Source: Archaeoglobaceae archaeon (GTDB taxonomy: Archaea; Halobacteriota; Archaeoglobi; Archaeoglobales; Archaeoglobaceae). Taken from it: a stretch of DNA of 56,137 bases. The stretch spans positions 1-56,137 of the forward strand of contig JAWAQR010000006.1 of the NCBI GenBank assembly GCA_038893835.1, written 5' to 3'. Below the pieces are notes generated by a model. It saw only the letters and a program-made list of their open reading frames with translations, ran no database searches and was not told where the DNA came from. The position numbers and the translations under genes are program-made. Shown here one piece after another: positions 1 to 8,672 of this stretch. The first letter of the stretch is position 1; every line of letters starts with the position of its first letter.

Positions 1-131
1 CCGGAGTTCCTTCCACTCGCTCCATGCAATATAAACTTCTTTTCAAAAACTTTGACCTTTAAACCCTCCTTTGCCAGAAAATATGCAACAGCAAGCCCAG
101 CTATACCGGCGCCTATTACAGCAACTCTCAT
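1..131 (-). CDS. FAD-dependent oxidoreductase, dye-linked L-proline dehydrogenase/sarcosine oxidase beta-type subunit (5' part only, runs off the window edge)
   Basis: Not in the ORF track. Manual translation from ATG at 131 (ATGA overlap with the upstream stop) gives MRVAVIGAGIAGLAVAYFLAKEGLKVKVFEKKFILHGASGRNSG, with the GxGxxG Rossmann motif and the GASGRN motif of the DAO/sarcosine oxidase family. Last gene of the alpha-ferredoxin-small subunit operon. Confidence 0.85.
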   Translation of the reverse strand, partial: MRVAVIGAGIAGLAVAYFLAKEGLKVKVFEKKFILHGASGRNS

Positions 132-394
132 CTCTCTTCACCGCTCGCAAGTATATATAGCGGTACGGGATTTACCGGGGGTCTTTGTGTTGTGATTCCA
201 ATTTCTTCAATGCTTTTCCCAGTCTTTTGACTTAAAAGTCTAAGGATGTGCATAAGACACCCTTTCCCCTGACAGGGTCCAGTCATCGCTCCGGTGTATC
301 TCTTTAAGCTCTCTATGTCATCATAGCCAAGCTCTATTGCATGAATTATTTCCTCTTCCGTCAAATCCTCACATCTGCAAACGACCTTTCTCAT
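128..394 (-). CDS. BFD-like (2Fe-2S)-binding small subunit of the proline dehydrogenase/sarcosine oxidase-type complex
   Basis: VCRCED...KRYTGAMTGPCQGKGC...TTQRPP motif, with 4-bp overlaps to both neighbours. Confidence 0.85.
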   Translation of the reverse strand: MRKVVCRCEDLTEEEIIHAIELGYDDIESLKRYTGAMTGPCQGKGCLMHILRLLSQKTGKSIEEIGITTQRPPVNPVPLYILASGEER

Positions 395-876
395 TCTTTC
401 ACCTTCCTCACAGCTCTAACTTCATATATCAGCTTTACATCCATTTCAACGCGAACAAGTGATGTCTGATCGTTTCTCTCAGGTGGTAGAACCCAGTTTA
501 CAACTCCAATTCCAACAACCTCCCCTTTTCTGTTCAAAAGCTCGACTTTATCTCCTTTTTTTAGCCATGGAAGGAGCTCATACTGTAGCGTAACTTCTCC
601 CTTTCCATCTTCCCTTATTCTCAACATGAATATTGCAAGTCCAGGGCAAACGCGAATGCAGTTCATGCAGCCGGTACATTTTTCATAGTCGACTTCTGGT
701 GGATCGTTGATGTTCTCCATTTTTATCGCATCTACAGGACAAGCTTCATAGCATGGACTACATGGAATTGGCTGAGGGCATTCGATATAGGCCACTGGTC
801 TCTTCTTCAACCTTTCCTCACTTGGAAAAGGCGGTAGTTCTTCGAGTTCAGCATAACCTCTTTCTAGGTATTTCAA
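391..876 (-). CDS. 2x[4Fe-4S] ferredoxin subunit of the proline dehydrogenase-type complex
   Basis: CPQPIPCSPCYEACP and CTGCMNCIRVCP motifs. Likely TTG start at 876 overlapping the upstream TGA and preceded by GGGGTGGA (ORF track start 900). Confidence 0.85.
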   Translation of the reverse strand: MKYLERGYAELEELPPFPSEERLKKRPVAYIECPQPIPCSPCYEACPVDAIKMENINDPPEVDYEKCTGCMNCIRVCPGLAIFMLRIREDGKGEVTLQYELLPWLKKGDKVELLNRKGEVVGIGVVNWVLPPERNDQTSLVRVEMDVKLIYEVRAVRKVKE

Positions 877-2456
877 GCTTCCACCCCATCCATCAAACAC
901 TTCTCAATGCCACAAACTATCCTTTTCCCAAATGGTCCAGATCTGAATTCCTCTAAGTCTTTTATAGTATCATTTAATTCCTTCCTAGCTTCCTCTCCAC
1001 CCAGTCCAAGTGAAATCGCAGCATGAAGCGCTGCAATTTTTCCATTCATTATCGCTGCTGTAGCCTCTTCAATTCCGGCCACATCCCCTGCGACGTAAAC
1101 ACCTTCAACACTCGTTTCATTGAACTTTGTTCGTAGCGGAACCAATCCTCCAAGCTCTGGTACAAATTTCATCCTACAACCAGCTTGGTAAAGCAATTCA
1201 TGGGTAGGTGAAAGTCCGACTGCAACGCATATGAAATCGCAGTCTATCCGCTTTTCACTTCCGGGAATGGGTTTAAATTTTTCATCTAGCTGCGCTATTA
1301 TAGCTCCTTCAACGTGATCTTTTCCAAGCGCTCGAATTATGGTATGTCTCACATATATCGGCACACCTAATCTGCGAATTTTTGCAGCGTGGACAAAGTA
1401 ACCTCCAATTCTTGGCATTGCCTCAACGACAGCAGCAACCTCAACTCCAGCCTGTATAAGCTGGTAGCTCAAGATTAATCCAACATTTCCCGAGCCAACT
1501 ATTAACCCCCTTTTTCCCGGTTTTATGCCATAGACGTTCATAAGCGTTTGCACGCCGCCAGCTCCGTAAATTCCAGGGAGATCGTTGTTCTCGAACACCA
1601 ATGTCCTTTCATATGCTCCAGTTGCTACTATTATTTTCTTTGGAATTATCCTTAGAAGTCTTTCTTTCTCAACAGCTCCAACTTCCTTTCCATAGATACC
1701 AAAAACTCTTGTTTCAAGCCTTATGTCAACGTTTGGGATCTTTTTGAGCTCATTCTCCAAGATCTTGGCAATCTTTATACCCCTAGTCCCAGCCATGTGT
1801 TTTCCAGAACCAAAAAAGCGATGCGTCTGCTTTACAAGCTGCCCACCCAAAAACGGGTTTTCATCAACCAGCAAAACTCTTGCTCCATATTTTCCTGCAT
1901 TAATCGCTGCACTCATTCCAGCTGGTCCACCACCGATTACAGCAACGTCGCAATGAATTTCTTCATAGCTACCTTTACCACTAAATTCGACCTTTGGAGC
2001 ATTACCGAATCCAGTCATCTTTCTCAACTGAGATAGAAAGAAATCGCGCAAAAGTTTTGATGTGAACTTCGTGTATTGACTTCCATGTGGAAATAATCTG
2101 TCTAAAAATTTATCAAAGATCGCAAAGAAATCCTTTTCAGCATTTGGGAAACCGATTTGTGTTTTAACTTTCATCCCATTTCGAACGTAAACTTTGCAAG
2201 TTCTCACGTTTGGAACACCATCTACTTCCATCATGCATGCCGAACATTTTCCAATTGCGCAGAAAAAGCCACGCGGTCTATGCCATCTAAAGGACCTGCT
2301 AAAGATTCTGATTCCATTGGCATAAAGAGCTGCTGCAACGGTTTCGCCTTCATAGGCTCTTATCGGTCTTCCATTGAAATATATCGTAACTTCTTTGCCT
2401 CGATTGAATTTGAGTATTGGATGTTCGGTCAATCTTCCGTCTACGATTTTCGCCAT
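873..2456 (-). CDS. Proline dehydrogenase/sarcosine oxidase alpha-type subunit (2Fe-2S plus FAD/NAD-binding)
   Basis: N-terminal HRPRGFFCAIGKCSAC...NVRTC 2Fe-2S domain, GGGPAG FAD motif, ATGAYER, GSGNVG NAD motif and AGDVAG. Confidence 0.9.
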   Translation of the reverse strand: MAKIVDGRLTEHPILKFNRGKEVTIYFNGRPIRAYEGETVAAALYANGIRIFSRSFRWHRPRGFFCAIGKCSACMMEVDGVPNVRTCKVYVRNGMKVKTQIGFPNAEKDFFAIFDKFLDRLFPHGSQYTKFTSKLLRDFFLSQLRKMTGFGNAPKVEFSGKGSYEEIHCDVAVIGGGPAGMSAAINAGKYGARVLLVDENPFLGGQLVKQTHRFFGSGKHMAGTRGIKIAKILENELKKIPNVDIRLETRVFGIYGKEVGAVEKERLLRIIPKKIIVATGAYERTLVFENNDLPGIYGAGGVQTLMNVYGIKPGKRGLIVGSGNVGLILSYQLIQAGVEVAAVVEAMPRIGGYFVHAAKIRRLGVPIYVRHTIIRALGKDHVEGAIIAQLDEKFKPIPGSEKRIDCDFICVAVGLSPTHELLYQAGCRMKFVPELGGLVPLRTKFNETSVEGVYVAGDVAGIEEATAAIMNGKIAALHAAISLGLGGEEARKELNDTIKDLEEFRSGPFGKRIVCGIEKCLMDGVEA

Positions 2457-2522
2457 TGATCGAATGAAAAAATTAATGAAATATTAGTCTTTTGCTGTTT
2501 TGAATTGAAATACTTCCTAAAA

Positions 2523-2530
2523 TTTATAAA
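2523..2530 (+). promoter_or_regulatory. TATA box of the hdr-flx cluster (probably a leaderless first gene)
   Basis: TTTATAAA preceded by an A-run, ending about 22 nt upstream of ATG 2552, with no RBS before the ATG. Confidence 0.6.
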
Positions 2531-2551
2531 CTGAACATCTCCTCCTGAAGT

Positions 2552-3382
2552 ATGTCTGAAGATCAGAAAAAAACAATAATAATCGATTATAAAAAATGTG
2601 TTAGCTGCGGAATCTGTGTAGCGCTTTGTCCGCATAAAGTGCTTGAGTTTGTTAATGGTTATCCTGAAGTAACAGGAATCTGCAAAGTTTGCGGTCTTTG
2701 TGCGGGTAGCTGTATAACTTCTGCTATAACCATGTTTGCAGCTAAATTCAGAGACGACTCGATTTTAGCTGAAATTGAAAAGAGTAATCTGATCTCTTGT
2801 AGGAGAAAAAGCAAAGAAGGTACAACTTTGTTATGTATTTCTAGGCTCGATATGATCCATATAGCTGAAGCAATTGCAAAGCATGGAAGTGTTGCAATTC
2901 TGAGTTGCGAAGGAGATTGCAGAAACAATCCTGGGGCATTTGAGGCTAGAAATAAAGTAAAAGTGATGAGGATGGCCTTGAAAAAGCTGGGATTGGAAGA
3001 GGAGAGAATTGCATTTAATGAAACTCCTAAAAAATTTGAAAAAATTAGCTCTGAGATTGCAGAAATTTTGAGAGCTGTTGCGAGGGATAGAAATGTTAGA
3101 GCCCTAACTGCGAAAATGAGGACCATAGTTGAGCTTGGGAACGTATATGGAGAAAAAATTGATGCTGAAAAATATGAAGAGGTTCTATCAAATGCAGTTG
3201 AGACAGCTATAAGGGTTGCGAAGATTCTATCGTATGTAAAAGGAGAAGCGAGAGTTTCGGAGATAGCTGAAAAATCTGGGATGAATAAAAGAGATGTAGT
3301 TGCCACAATTGTTGAAATGAAGAGAAGGGGATTAGTTGAAATTGGAGGAGAAGATGAGCTGACTATTAGGGTGGTTAGATGA
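2552..3382 (+). CDS. Ferredoxin + divergent MvhD/FlpD-like [2Fe-2S] domain + C-terminal winged HTH fusion protein
   Basis: CVSCGICVALCP and CKVCGLCAGSC ferredoxin motifs. ISC...LCISRLD...LSCEGDC...LGLEEERI matches MvhD spacing. GNVYGEK linker, then RVSEIAEKSGMNKRDVVATIVEMKRRGLV wHTH-like end. Confidence 0.7.
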   Translation: MSEDQKKTIIIDYKKCVSCGICVALCPHKVLEFVNGYPEVTGICKVCGLCAGSCITSAITMFAAKFRDDSILAEIEKSNLISCRRKSKEGTTLLCISRLDMIHIAEAIAKHGSVAILSCEGDCRNNPGAFEARNKVKVMRMALKKLGLEEERIAFNETPKKFEKISSEIAEILRAVARDRNVRALTAKMRTIVELGNVYGEKIDAEKYEEVLSNAVETAIRVAKILSYVKGEARVSEIAEKSGMNKRDVVATIVEMKRRGLVEIGGEDELTIRVVR

Positions 3383-6357
3383 GCGTTTTGGTAGTTGGTG
3401 GTGGTATTGCTGGAATTCAAGCGAGTTTGGATTTGGCAGAATCTGGAATTAAGGTTTATTTGGTAGAAAAGCTACCAGCTATTGGCGGTAGAATGAGTCA
3501 ACTTGACAAGACATTTCCAACGAACGATTGCTCGATGTGCATACTATCTCCAAAGCTAAACGAAGTTGCAAGGCATGAGAATATTGAGATAATAAACAAC
3601 GCTGAAGTTATAGCAGTAGAAGGTAATGCTGGGGATTTCAGGGTGAAGATAAAACAGAAGCCGCTTTATGTAGATAGATCAAAATGTACTGGCTGCGGAG
3701 TTTGTGCATCGATTTGTCCAGTAAGTGCGATAGATGAGTACAATGAAGGGATGAGCTTTAGATCCGCTATATTTCTACGCTACCCTCAGGCTGTGCCGAA
3801 GGTTTATGCGATAGATAGAAGTAAATGCGTAGGTTGTGGGATTTGTTATAACGTTTGCGTGGCAAAGGCAATTGATTATGGACAGAAGGAAAAAATAATT
3901 GAGTTAAAAGTCTCTTCAATAATCCTGGCTCTAGGAGGGAAACTTTTTGACGCTAGAAGGAAAGGAGAATATGGCTACGGTATATATCCAAATGTTATCA
4001 CGAGCATACAGTTTGAGCGCCTTCTCTCTGCTACTGGCCCATTTGAGGGACATGTTTTCAGGAGCGATGGGAAAGTTCCAAAGAAGATCGCAATACTGCA
4101 ATGTGTTGGTTCTAGGGATGCAAAGACTAATCCATATTGCTCATCAGTTTGCTGCACTTACGCGACAAAGCATGCTATAATTGCAAAAGAACACATTCCA
4201 GATGCAGAAATTCACATCTTTGCAATGGACGTCAGAACTTTTGGCAAAGGTTTTGAGGAATATGCGAATAGAGCTAAGAATGAGTATGGTATAATTTATC
4301 ATAAAGCAAGAGTGGCCAACATATTGCAAAAGAAAGACGGAAATTTAATTATAAAATATGAAAAAGATGGAAAGAGCTATGAAGAAGAATTCGATCTCGT
4401 AGTCCTGTCTGTAGGCTTTGAAGCAGGAGAAGAGCTTAAAGAGTATTCTAAAATCTTTGGAATTGAACTGAATGACTATGGCTTCATTTTAACAGACTCC
4501 TTTGCACCAGTAGAGACTTCAAAACCTGGTATATTTGTTGCAGGAGTGGCTTGCGAACCAAAGGATATTCCAGAAAGCGTTGCAATGGCGAGCGCTTCAG
4601 CAGCAAAAGCTTCTGGGCTAAATTTTGAAAGAATTTTGAAAAAGAAAGAATTTCCACCTGAAAAGAATGTAGTAGGTGAACCTCCGAGAATCGGTGTCTT
4701 TATCTGTCATTGTGGTGTAAACATAGCATCAACAGTTGATGTTGAAGAGTTGACGAGATTCGCTAAAACGCTCGATGATGTAGTTTTTGCAGATCATGTT
4801 CTCTTTGCCTGCTCTGCTGATACGCAGGAAAAGATAAAGAAGGCAATAGCAGATTATAACTTAAACAGAATCGTTGTTGCAGCCTGTACACCAAGGACAC
4901 ATGAACAGTTGTTCAAAAGAACACTGATGGAAGCTGGTTTGAATCCGTATCTATTCGAGTTTGTGAACATAAGGGAGCACTGTTCCTGGGTGCATACGGA
5001 TAAATTGAAAGCGACTGAAAAGGCAAAGACACTTTTAAATGCTGGCGTTTCAAAGGCGAAACTTCTTGAGCCCTTGCAATTCGTCGAAGTGGATGTTGTT
5101 AAAAGGGCTTTGATAATTGGCGGAGGATTGGCAGGAATGGTTTCAGCGATTGAACTTGCTAGGAATGGAATAGAATGCTATTTAGTTGAAAAAGAGGCTG
5201 AGCTTGGAGGGAATTTGAGACACATTCATTACACGATCGATGGAAAAGATCCACAGGAATTGCTTAAGAAACTTGTAGCAGAAGTTGAATCTAATCCTAG
5301 AATAAAGGTGTTCAGGAATTCCATGGTTGAGAGTGTGGAGGGATTTGTTGGCAATTACAGGAGTATGGTAAGGACTCCAAATGGAACTGTCGAATTGGAA
5401 CATGGTGTGATAATCGTTGCAACAGGTGCAAAAGAGTATAAGCCAAAGGAATTTGGATATGGGCATCCAAGGGTATTAACGCAGGTGGAACTTGAAGAAA
5501 AGTTGGCTAAAAAAGAAGTGCCGAGAAGTGTTGTGATGATTCAGTGTGTTGGAAGCAGAAATGAGGAGAGACCATACTGCAGCAGGATCTGTTGTCAGAC
5601 TGCGATAAAAAATGCGTTGAAAATAAAGGAACTGGATCCAAATGCTGACGTTTTAATCCTCTTCAGAGACATTAGAACTTATGGATTCCTTGAAAGATAC
5701 TACGAAAAGGCTGCAAGAGAGGGAGTTATCTTTGTCCGCTACACCCCAGAAAATCCACCAGTCGTGAGAGAGAGTGGAGATGGAGTAGAGGTGGAGTTTT
5801 ACGATGAAATTCTCGGTGAAAAACTTGTTGCAAAACCAGAGTTCGTGGTTTTAAGTGCCGCGATTGTGCCAAATGAGGACAATGCTAGTATTTCGAAACT
5901 GCTGAAAGTACCACTGGATCCAAATGGTTTCTTCTTAGAAGCGCATCCAAAGCTTCGTCCAGTCGATTTTGCAACCGAGGGGATATTCTTAGCTGGGATA
6001 GCGCACAGTCCTAGGCTTATTCCTGAAACGATTTCTCTGGCACTTGCAGCAGTTTCAAGAGCGATGACGATTCTTTCGAAGGATAAGATAGTGATGGAAG
6101 CGAATAAGGCTGAAGTTACCAGAGAACGCTGTGATGCCTGTGGAATTTGCGTGAAAGTCTGTCCTGTGAATGCGATTGAAATCGTAGAGTTTAAGACAAG
6201 GACAGGAGTCGAGCTTAAGGCTTCAGTTAAGAAAGCAGTCTGCCTTGGCTGTGGAATTTGCAGCGCTTCATGTCCTAAGGGTGCAATAACCGTGAAAGGC
6301 TTCACGTTCGATCAGATAAAGTCGGCTATAGATGGTTTGTTAGAGGTGATGGTGTGA
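3379..6357 (+). CDS. hdrA: Heterodisulfide reductase subunit A, large tandem (two FAD-domain) type
   Basis: GGGIAG...DKTFPTNDCSMC, an inserted ferredoxin and CVGSR..YCSSVCC; then the RIGVFICHCG domain, a second GGGLAG, CVGSR..YCSRICC, FFLEAHPKLRPV and a C-terminal 2x[4Fe-4S] ferredoxin. Confidence 0.93.
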   Translation: MSVLVVGGGIAGIQASLDLAESGIKVYLVEKLPAIGGRMSQLDKTFPTNDCSMCILSPKLNEVARHENIEIINNAEVIAVEGNAGDFRVKIKQKPLYVDRSKCTGCGVCASICPVSAIDEYNEGMSFRSAIFLRYPQAVPKVYAIDRSKCVGCGICYNVCVAKAIDYGQKEKIIELKVSSIILALGGKLFDARRKGEYGYGIYPNVITSIQFERLLSATGPFEGHVFRSDGKVPKKIAILQCVGSRDAKTNPYCSSVCCTYATKHAIIAKEHIPDAEIHIFAMDVRTFGKGFEEYANRAKNEYGIIYHKARVANILQKKDGNLIIKYEKDGKSYEEEFDLVVLSVGFEAGEELKEYSKIFGIELNDYGFILTDSFAPVETSKPGIFVAGVACEPKDIPESVAMASASAAKASGLNFERILKKKEFPPEKNVVGEPPRIGVFICHCGVNIASTVDVEELTRFAKTLDDVVFADHVLFACSADTQEKIKKAIADYNLNRIVVAACTPRTHEQLFKRTLMEAGLNPYLFEFVNIREHCSWVHTDKLKATEKAKTLLNAGVSKAKLLEPLQFVEVDVVKRALIIGGGLAGMVSAIELARNGIECYLVEKEAELGGNLRHIHYTIDGKDPQELLKKLVAEVESNPRIKVFRNSMVESVEGFVGNYRSMVRTPNGTVELEHGVIIVATGAKEYKPKEFGYGHPRVLTQVELEEKLAKKEVPRSVVMIQCVGSRNEERPYCSRICCQTAIKNALKIKELDPNADVLILFRDIRTYGFLERYYEKAAREGVIFVRYTPENPPVVRESGDGVEVEFYDEILGEKLVAKPEFVVLSAAIVPNEDNASISKLLKVPLDPNGFFLEAHPKLRPVDFATEGIFLAGIAHSPRLIPETISLALAAVSRAMTILSKDKIVMEANKAEVTRERCDACGICVKVCPVNAIEIVEFKTRTGVELKASVKKAVCLGCGICSASCPKGAITVKGFTFDQIKSAIDGLLEVMV

Positions 6358-6758
6358 AGATAGTGACTTTTGCCTGTAACTGGTGCAGCTATGCTGGAGC
6401 AGATTTAGCAGGAGTTAGCAGGCTGAAGTATCCTGAGGATGTGAAAATAATCCGTGTAATGTGCTCTGGCATGGTAAATCCAGCATGGATTCTCCGCGCT
6501 TTCAGACAGGGTGCGGATGGGGTTGTAATAGCTGGCTGTCATCCTGGAGACTGTCATTACATGGTTGGAAATTACCATGCGAAAAAGAGGTATATCCTGC
6601 TAAAGGAGCTATTGAAGTTCATAGGTTTCGAAGATGAACGATTGAAGCTACTCTGGGCATCTGCATCGGAGGGAAAGAAATTTGCAGAAGAAATGACTGC
6701 CTTTAAAAAAGTTATAGAACAGCTTGGAGAGCAAAAGAAGTTGAGGTGGGAGGAATGA
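6354..6758 (+). CDS. mvhD: MvhD/FlxD [2Fe-2S] subunit
   Basis: FACNWCSYAGAD, RVMCSG, GADGV..GCHPGDCHY and WASASEG motifs. Confidence 0.93.
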   Translation: MKIVTFACNWCSYAGADLAGVSRLKYPEDVKIIRVMCSGMVNPAWILRAFRQGADGVVIAGCHPGDCHYMVGNYHAKKRYILLKELLKFIGFEDERLKLLWASASEGKKFAEEMTAFKKVIEQLGEQKKLRWEE

Positions 6759-7699
6759 GCGAATTGGAGAAGATAAAAGAAGCGATAAAGAGTTCGAATG
6801 CTGAGAAGATTGTAGCATTTGTAAGGAAAAAGAATGAGCCAAGAGAAGTTCTTGCAGTTCTTGGCATGAATGAAATCGATAAAATTTCCTTCTCTCCTCT
6901 ATCCATCAACAATCCTGCAAAGCTCCTCATGCAGCTAAGTGGTAAAGTAGCTGTTGTTGCCAAGGGTTGCGATGCGATGGCGATAAAGCAATTGATAAAA
7001 GAGGGAAAGCTCAAAAGAGAAAACTTATTCATCGTTGGTGTCTCCTGCAAAGGAGTCATAGATTATAGGAAGCTTTCAAAGATCGTAAAGTTGAATGAAG
7101 TCTCCTCAGTCGAACTTGATGGACAGGATTTAGTGATAAAGACGAAGAATGGAGAAAAGAGAGTCTCTTTTGCTGAAGTCATCGATGAGAACTGCAAATA
7201 CTGCGAACATCCAACTCCTGTCATTTACGATGTGCTGATTGGTGAGGCTAGAGAGGGAAAGAAAGACTTTAGCGATGTTGAAGAGTTTGAGAAAATGAGC
7301 AGGGAAGAGAGATGGAATTACTGGATTTCTCAATTCGAAAGATGTATCAGATGCCATGCCTGCAGAAGCGTTTGTCCACTTTGCTATTGTGAGGAGTGCA
7401 TCGTTGACCCATCGAATCTTGCAATCTCTCCAATGAGCACCGCTGAAGAGAAGGCAAGCTATCCAAGACTTCTTGGAAAAACAGTAAATGCAAAGGATAA
7501 CGCGATTTATCACATCTTGCGCGTTTTACACCATTCAGGAAGATGTGCTGGCTGTGGAGAATGCGAAAGAGCATGTCCAATGGAGTTGCCTTTAAGAAAG
7601 CTAGAAAGAAAGCTCGAAAAAGTTGTTTTTGAAACTTTTGGATATGATCTGAGAGAGGAAATACCATTCTTCTCAAAGCTCGACATAGTGGGTGATTGA
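6755..7699 (+). CDS. flxC: FlxC-like (FdhB/FrhB-like) iron-sulfur subunit
   Basis: KGCD, CKYC, CIRCHACRSVCPLCYC..C and RCAGCGECERACP motifs; follows mvhD. ATG 6755 after GAGGTGGG (ORF track start 6746). Confidence 0.78.
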   Translation: MSELEKIKEAIKSSNAEKIVAFVRKKNEPREVLAVLGMNEIDKISFSPLSINNPAKLLMQLSGKVAVVAKGCDAMAIKQLIKEGKLKRENLFIVGVSCKGVIDYRKLSKIVKLNEVSSVELDGQDLVIKTKNGEKRVSFAEVIDENCKYCEHPTPVIYDVLIGEAREGKKDFSDVEEFEKMSREERWNYWISQFERCIRCHACRSVCPLCYCEECIVDPSNLAISPMSTAEEKASYPRLLGKTVNAKDNAIYHILRVLHHSGRCAGCGECERACPMELPLRKLERKLEKVVFETFGYDLREEIPFFSKLDIVGD

Positions 7700-8672
7700 A
7701 ATGATATACGAGGGGGATTTCCTTAGAGATGCGATTTCCAAGCTTCTTGAAAGAGGTTACAGGGTTTTTGCACCTGTAAAGGTCGATGATTTCCACATTT
7801 TTAAGGAAATAAACTCAGCCAACGATGTAAACTTCGATTATATCCTCCCAAGAAATTCTGCGAAAATAGCGGTTTTTCCGGAAAACGAAGTTCTTATCAG
7901 ATATTCTTCTTGGATCGATGAAATTCCGATGGAAGAAAAAAAGATCGCAGTCGTTGGATTGAGGAGCTGTGATGCCAAAGCTATAAAGCTACTCGACAGG
8001 CACTTCTTGGAGGGATTTGTGGATCCCTATTACAAGAAAAGAAGGGAAAAACTTTTCACAATAGCCATATCCTGCAAAGAAGCTGGTGTGAACTGTTTCT
8101 GTCAGAGTCTTGGATTGGATCCGAAAAATCCTGAAGCGGATATAGTGGTTTCCAAGATTGGAGAAAAGATCTTTGTGAATCATAAAAGTGATGCAGGAAA
8201 AGAATTCCTTTCAGAATTCAATTTGAGAGAGGAAAACTCTGAGGAAATTCTGCTTAGAAAGAGATTTGAGGAAGAAAAACTTGAAATGCGAAGCATTGCT
8301 GTTGATGTTGAAAAGCTCAGAAAAAGCTTTGATAGCAATTACTGGAAAGAAGTCGCGATGAACTGTAAGTCTTGTGGAATCTGCACATATCTCTGTCCAA
8401 CCTGTTTCTGTTTTGACATATACGATGAGGGGGAAAAGAGAGGGGTTAGAATAAGGGCTTGGGATAGCTGTCAATTTCCATTACACACGCTTGAAAGTTC
8501 CAGTCATAATCCGAGGGCAGAGAAGTGGCAAAGGCTAAGGAATAGATTTTATGACAAGTTCTATTACACTCTGGTTAGAAAGGGAGAATTCTATTGTGTT
8601 GGCTGTGGGAGGTGCATAGATTTCTGTCCAGCGGGGATAGATATTGTAGAGGTGATTTCGGAGGTGAGATAA
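7692..8672 (+). CDS. flxB: FlxB-like (AsrA/HydB-like) iron-sulfur subunit
   Basis: GLRSCD, DPYY..RR, CFC, CKSCGICTYLCPTCFCFD, WDSC and CVGCGRCIDFCP motifs. Confidence 0.82.
   Translation: MIEMIYEGDFLRDAISKLLERGYRVFAPVKVDDFHIFKEINSANDVNFDYILPRNSAKIAVFPENEVLIRYSSWIDEIPMEEKKIAVVGLRSCDAKAIKLLDRHFLEGFVDPYYKKRREKLFTIAISCKEAGVNCFCQSLGLDPKNPEADIVVSKIGEKIFVNHKSDAGKEFLSEFNLREENSEEILLRKRFEEEKLEMRSIAVDVEKLRKSFDSNYWKEVAMNCKSCGICTYLCPTCFCFDIYDEGEKRGVRIRAWDSCQFPLHTLESSSHNPRAEKWQRLRNRFYDKFYYTLVRKGEFYCVGCGRCIDFCPAGIDIVEVISEVR

Noticed and set aside
2659-3420. 253-aa antisense ORF, and similar long antisense ORFs (5799-6305, 33643-34086, 34755-35198, 35208-35699, 50427-50837)
   Set aside because: Ser/Phe/Ile-rich shadows of well-supported genes caused by codon bias; no motifs or RBS.
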